A stretch of DNA of 26,349 nucleotides, from the NCBI GenBank assembly GCA_029974275.1, contig JARKSN010000181.1:1-26349 (forward strand), in the 5' to 3' direction. Within the stretch, counting starts at the first letter, position 1, and each line of letters starts with the position of its first letter. Below are positions 25,810-26,349 of the stretch, piece after piece. Source of the DNA: Candidatus Hydrogenedentota bacterium. GTDB taxonomy: Bacteria; Hydrogenedentota; Hydrogenedentia; Hydrogenedentales; SLHB01. The position numbers and the translations under genes are program-made. A model generated the notes under the pieces. It was not told the DNA's origin. It did not search any database and worked only from the letters and a program-made list of their open reading frames with translations.

Positions 25810-25911
25810 GAAAACGTTAAGGTAGGCTGTGAAGTAGTGGGGTATCATTTTTTGTAGTGGGGTCGTGACGTGGTGGATTTTTTCCGCTCATCCAAAGTAA
25901 GGGGTCTTTTC

Positions 25912-26349
25912 ATGCAAACCAAAGCGAGTGTGCCGTACGGATGCCGGTTTGTCTGGATGCCGGCCGTAGTGTTGTGCCTGATGGGCGTAACGCTGGGCTG
26001 GGGAACGCCGGCCGTGGCGGACATCTACGCCGGCGATGAGGCAGGCGGTGACATGACCGTTCTGAGCGGAGGAGTCATTACCATCAACACCGCGGCGACG
26101 CCCCCCACGATGACGTGGTCCGGCGGCGGCCCCAAAAACGGTAATGAAGACGGCGGCGTCGCGGTATTTCGCTTCCGCAACGTCAGCGTGGCCAGCGGGG
26201 TGACGGTGACCGTCACCGGAAACCGGCCGCTCTCGATAGCCGCCAGCCGTGATATGTACTGGGGCGCGGCGGCGATTGATGTGTCCGCAGGCAAATGCGG
26301 CGGCGGCGGCGGCACGGGCGCGGCCGGCGGTGCGGCCGGCGGCACGGGC
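25912..26349 (+). CDS. Secreted glycine-rich protein, N-terminal 146 aa (runs off the window end; absent from the ORF track)
   Basis: Open frame MQTKASVPYGCRFVWMPAVVLCLMGVTLGWGTPAVA-DIYAG...VAVFRFRNVSVASGVTVTVTGNRPLSIAAS...GGGGGTGAAGGAAGGTG. Signal peptide with an AVA cleavage motif. AAGGGG RBS and a strong promoter upstream. Confidence 0.8.
   Translation, partial: MQTKASVPYGCRFVWMPAVVLCLMGVTLGWGTPAVADIYAGDEAGGDMTVLSGGVITINTAATPPTMTWSGGGPKNGNEDGGVAVFRFRNVSVASGVTVTVTGNRPLSIAASRDMYWGAAAIDVSAGKCGGGGGTGAAGGAAGGTG

Noticed and set aside
25834..25877. MraZ-type GTGG boxes
   Set aside because: The spacing is 20 bp rather than a run of 10-bp periods, and no mraZ/dcw cluster follows.
26025..26345. 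Pro/Ala-rich minus-strand ORF
   Set aside because: Antisense mirror of the Gly-rich plus-strand gene, which has a promoter, RBS and signal peptide.

Overview
GC-rich bacterial chromosomal window made almost entirely of housekeeping genes. No rRNA, tRNA, CRISPR array, integrase or transposase is visible. Layout: (1) GxxExxY protein and an AI-2E transporter on +. (2) A long minus-strand run: accA, DUF167/yggU, purine nucleoside phosphorylase, PIN/TRAM (YacL-like), ispD, ispF, tlyA, recN, radC, psd, pssA. (3) On +, a PAS-class III nucleotide cyclase, cstA and rarA/mgsA, with rarA bracketed by inverted copies of a ~73-bp REP/REPIN-like hairpin element. (4) A minus-strand carbon-signalling operon, hpf, hprK, rapZ, GH57 glucanotransferase/amylase, ptsH, ptsI, dxr, with no sugar-specific EII gene in the window. 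(5) On +, an HddA-like GHMP kinase and the 5' part of a secreted Gly-rich protein behind a near-consensus sigma70 promoter flanked by LacI/cre-like operators. Most notable observations: the covarying palindromic repeat family around rarA, the GH57 and dxr genes inside a transporter-less PTS operon, a candidate structured RNA leader in front of hpf, the Cys-rich PAS cyclase next to cstA, and a C10 tract at the start of dxr. I see no clear-cut novel multi-gene system, only these candidate leads. All family calls come from motif recognition by eye; no database searches were run.
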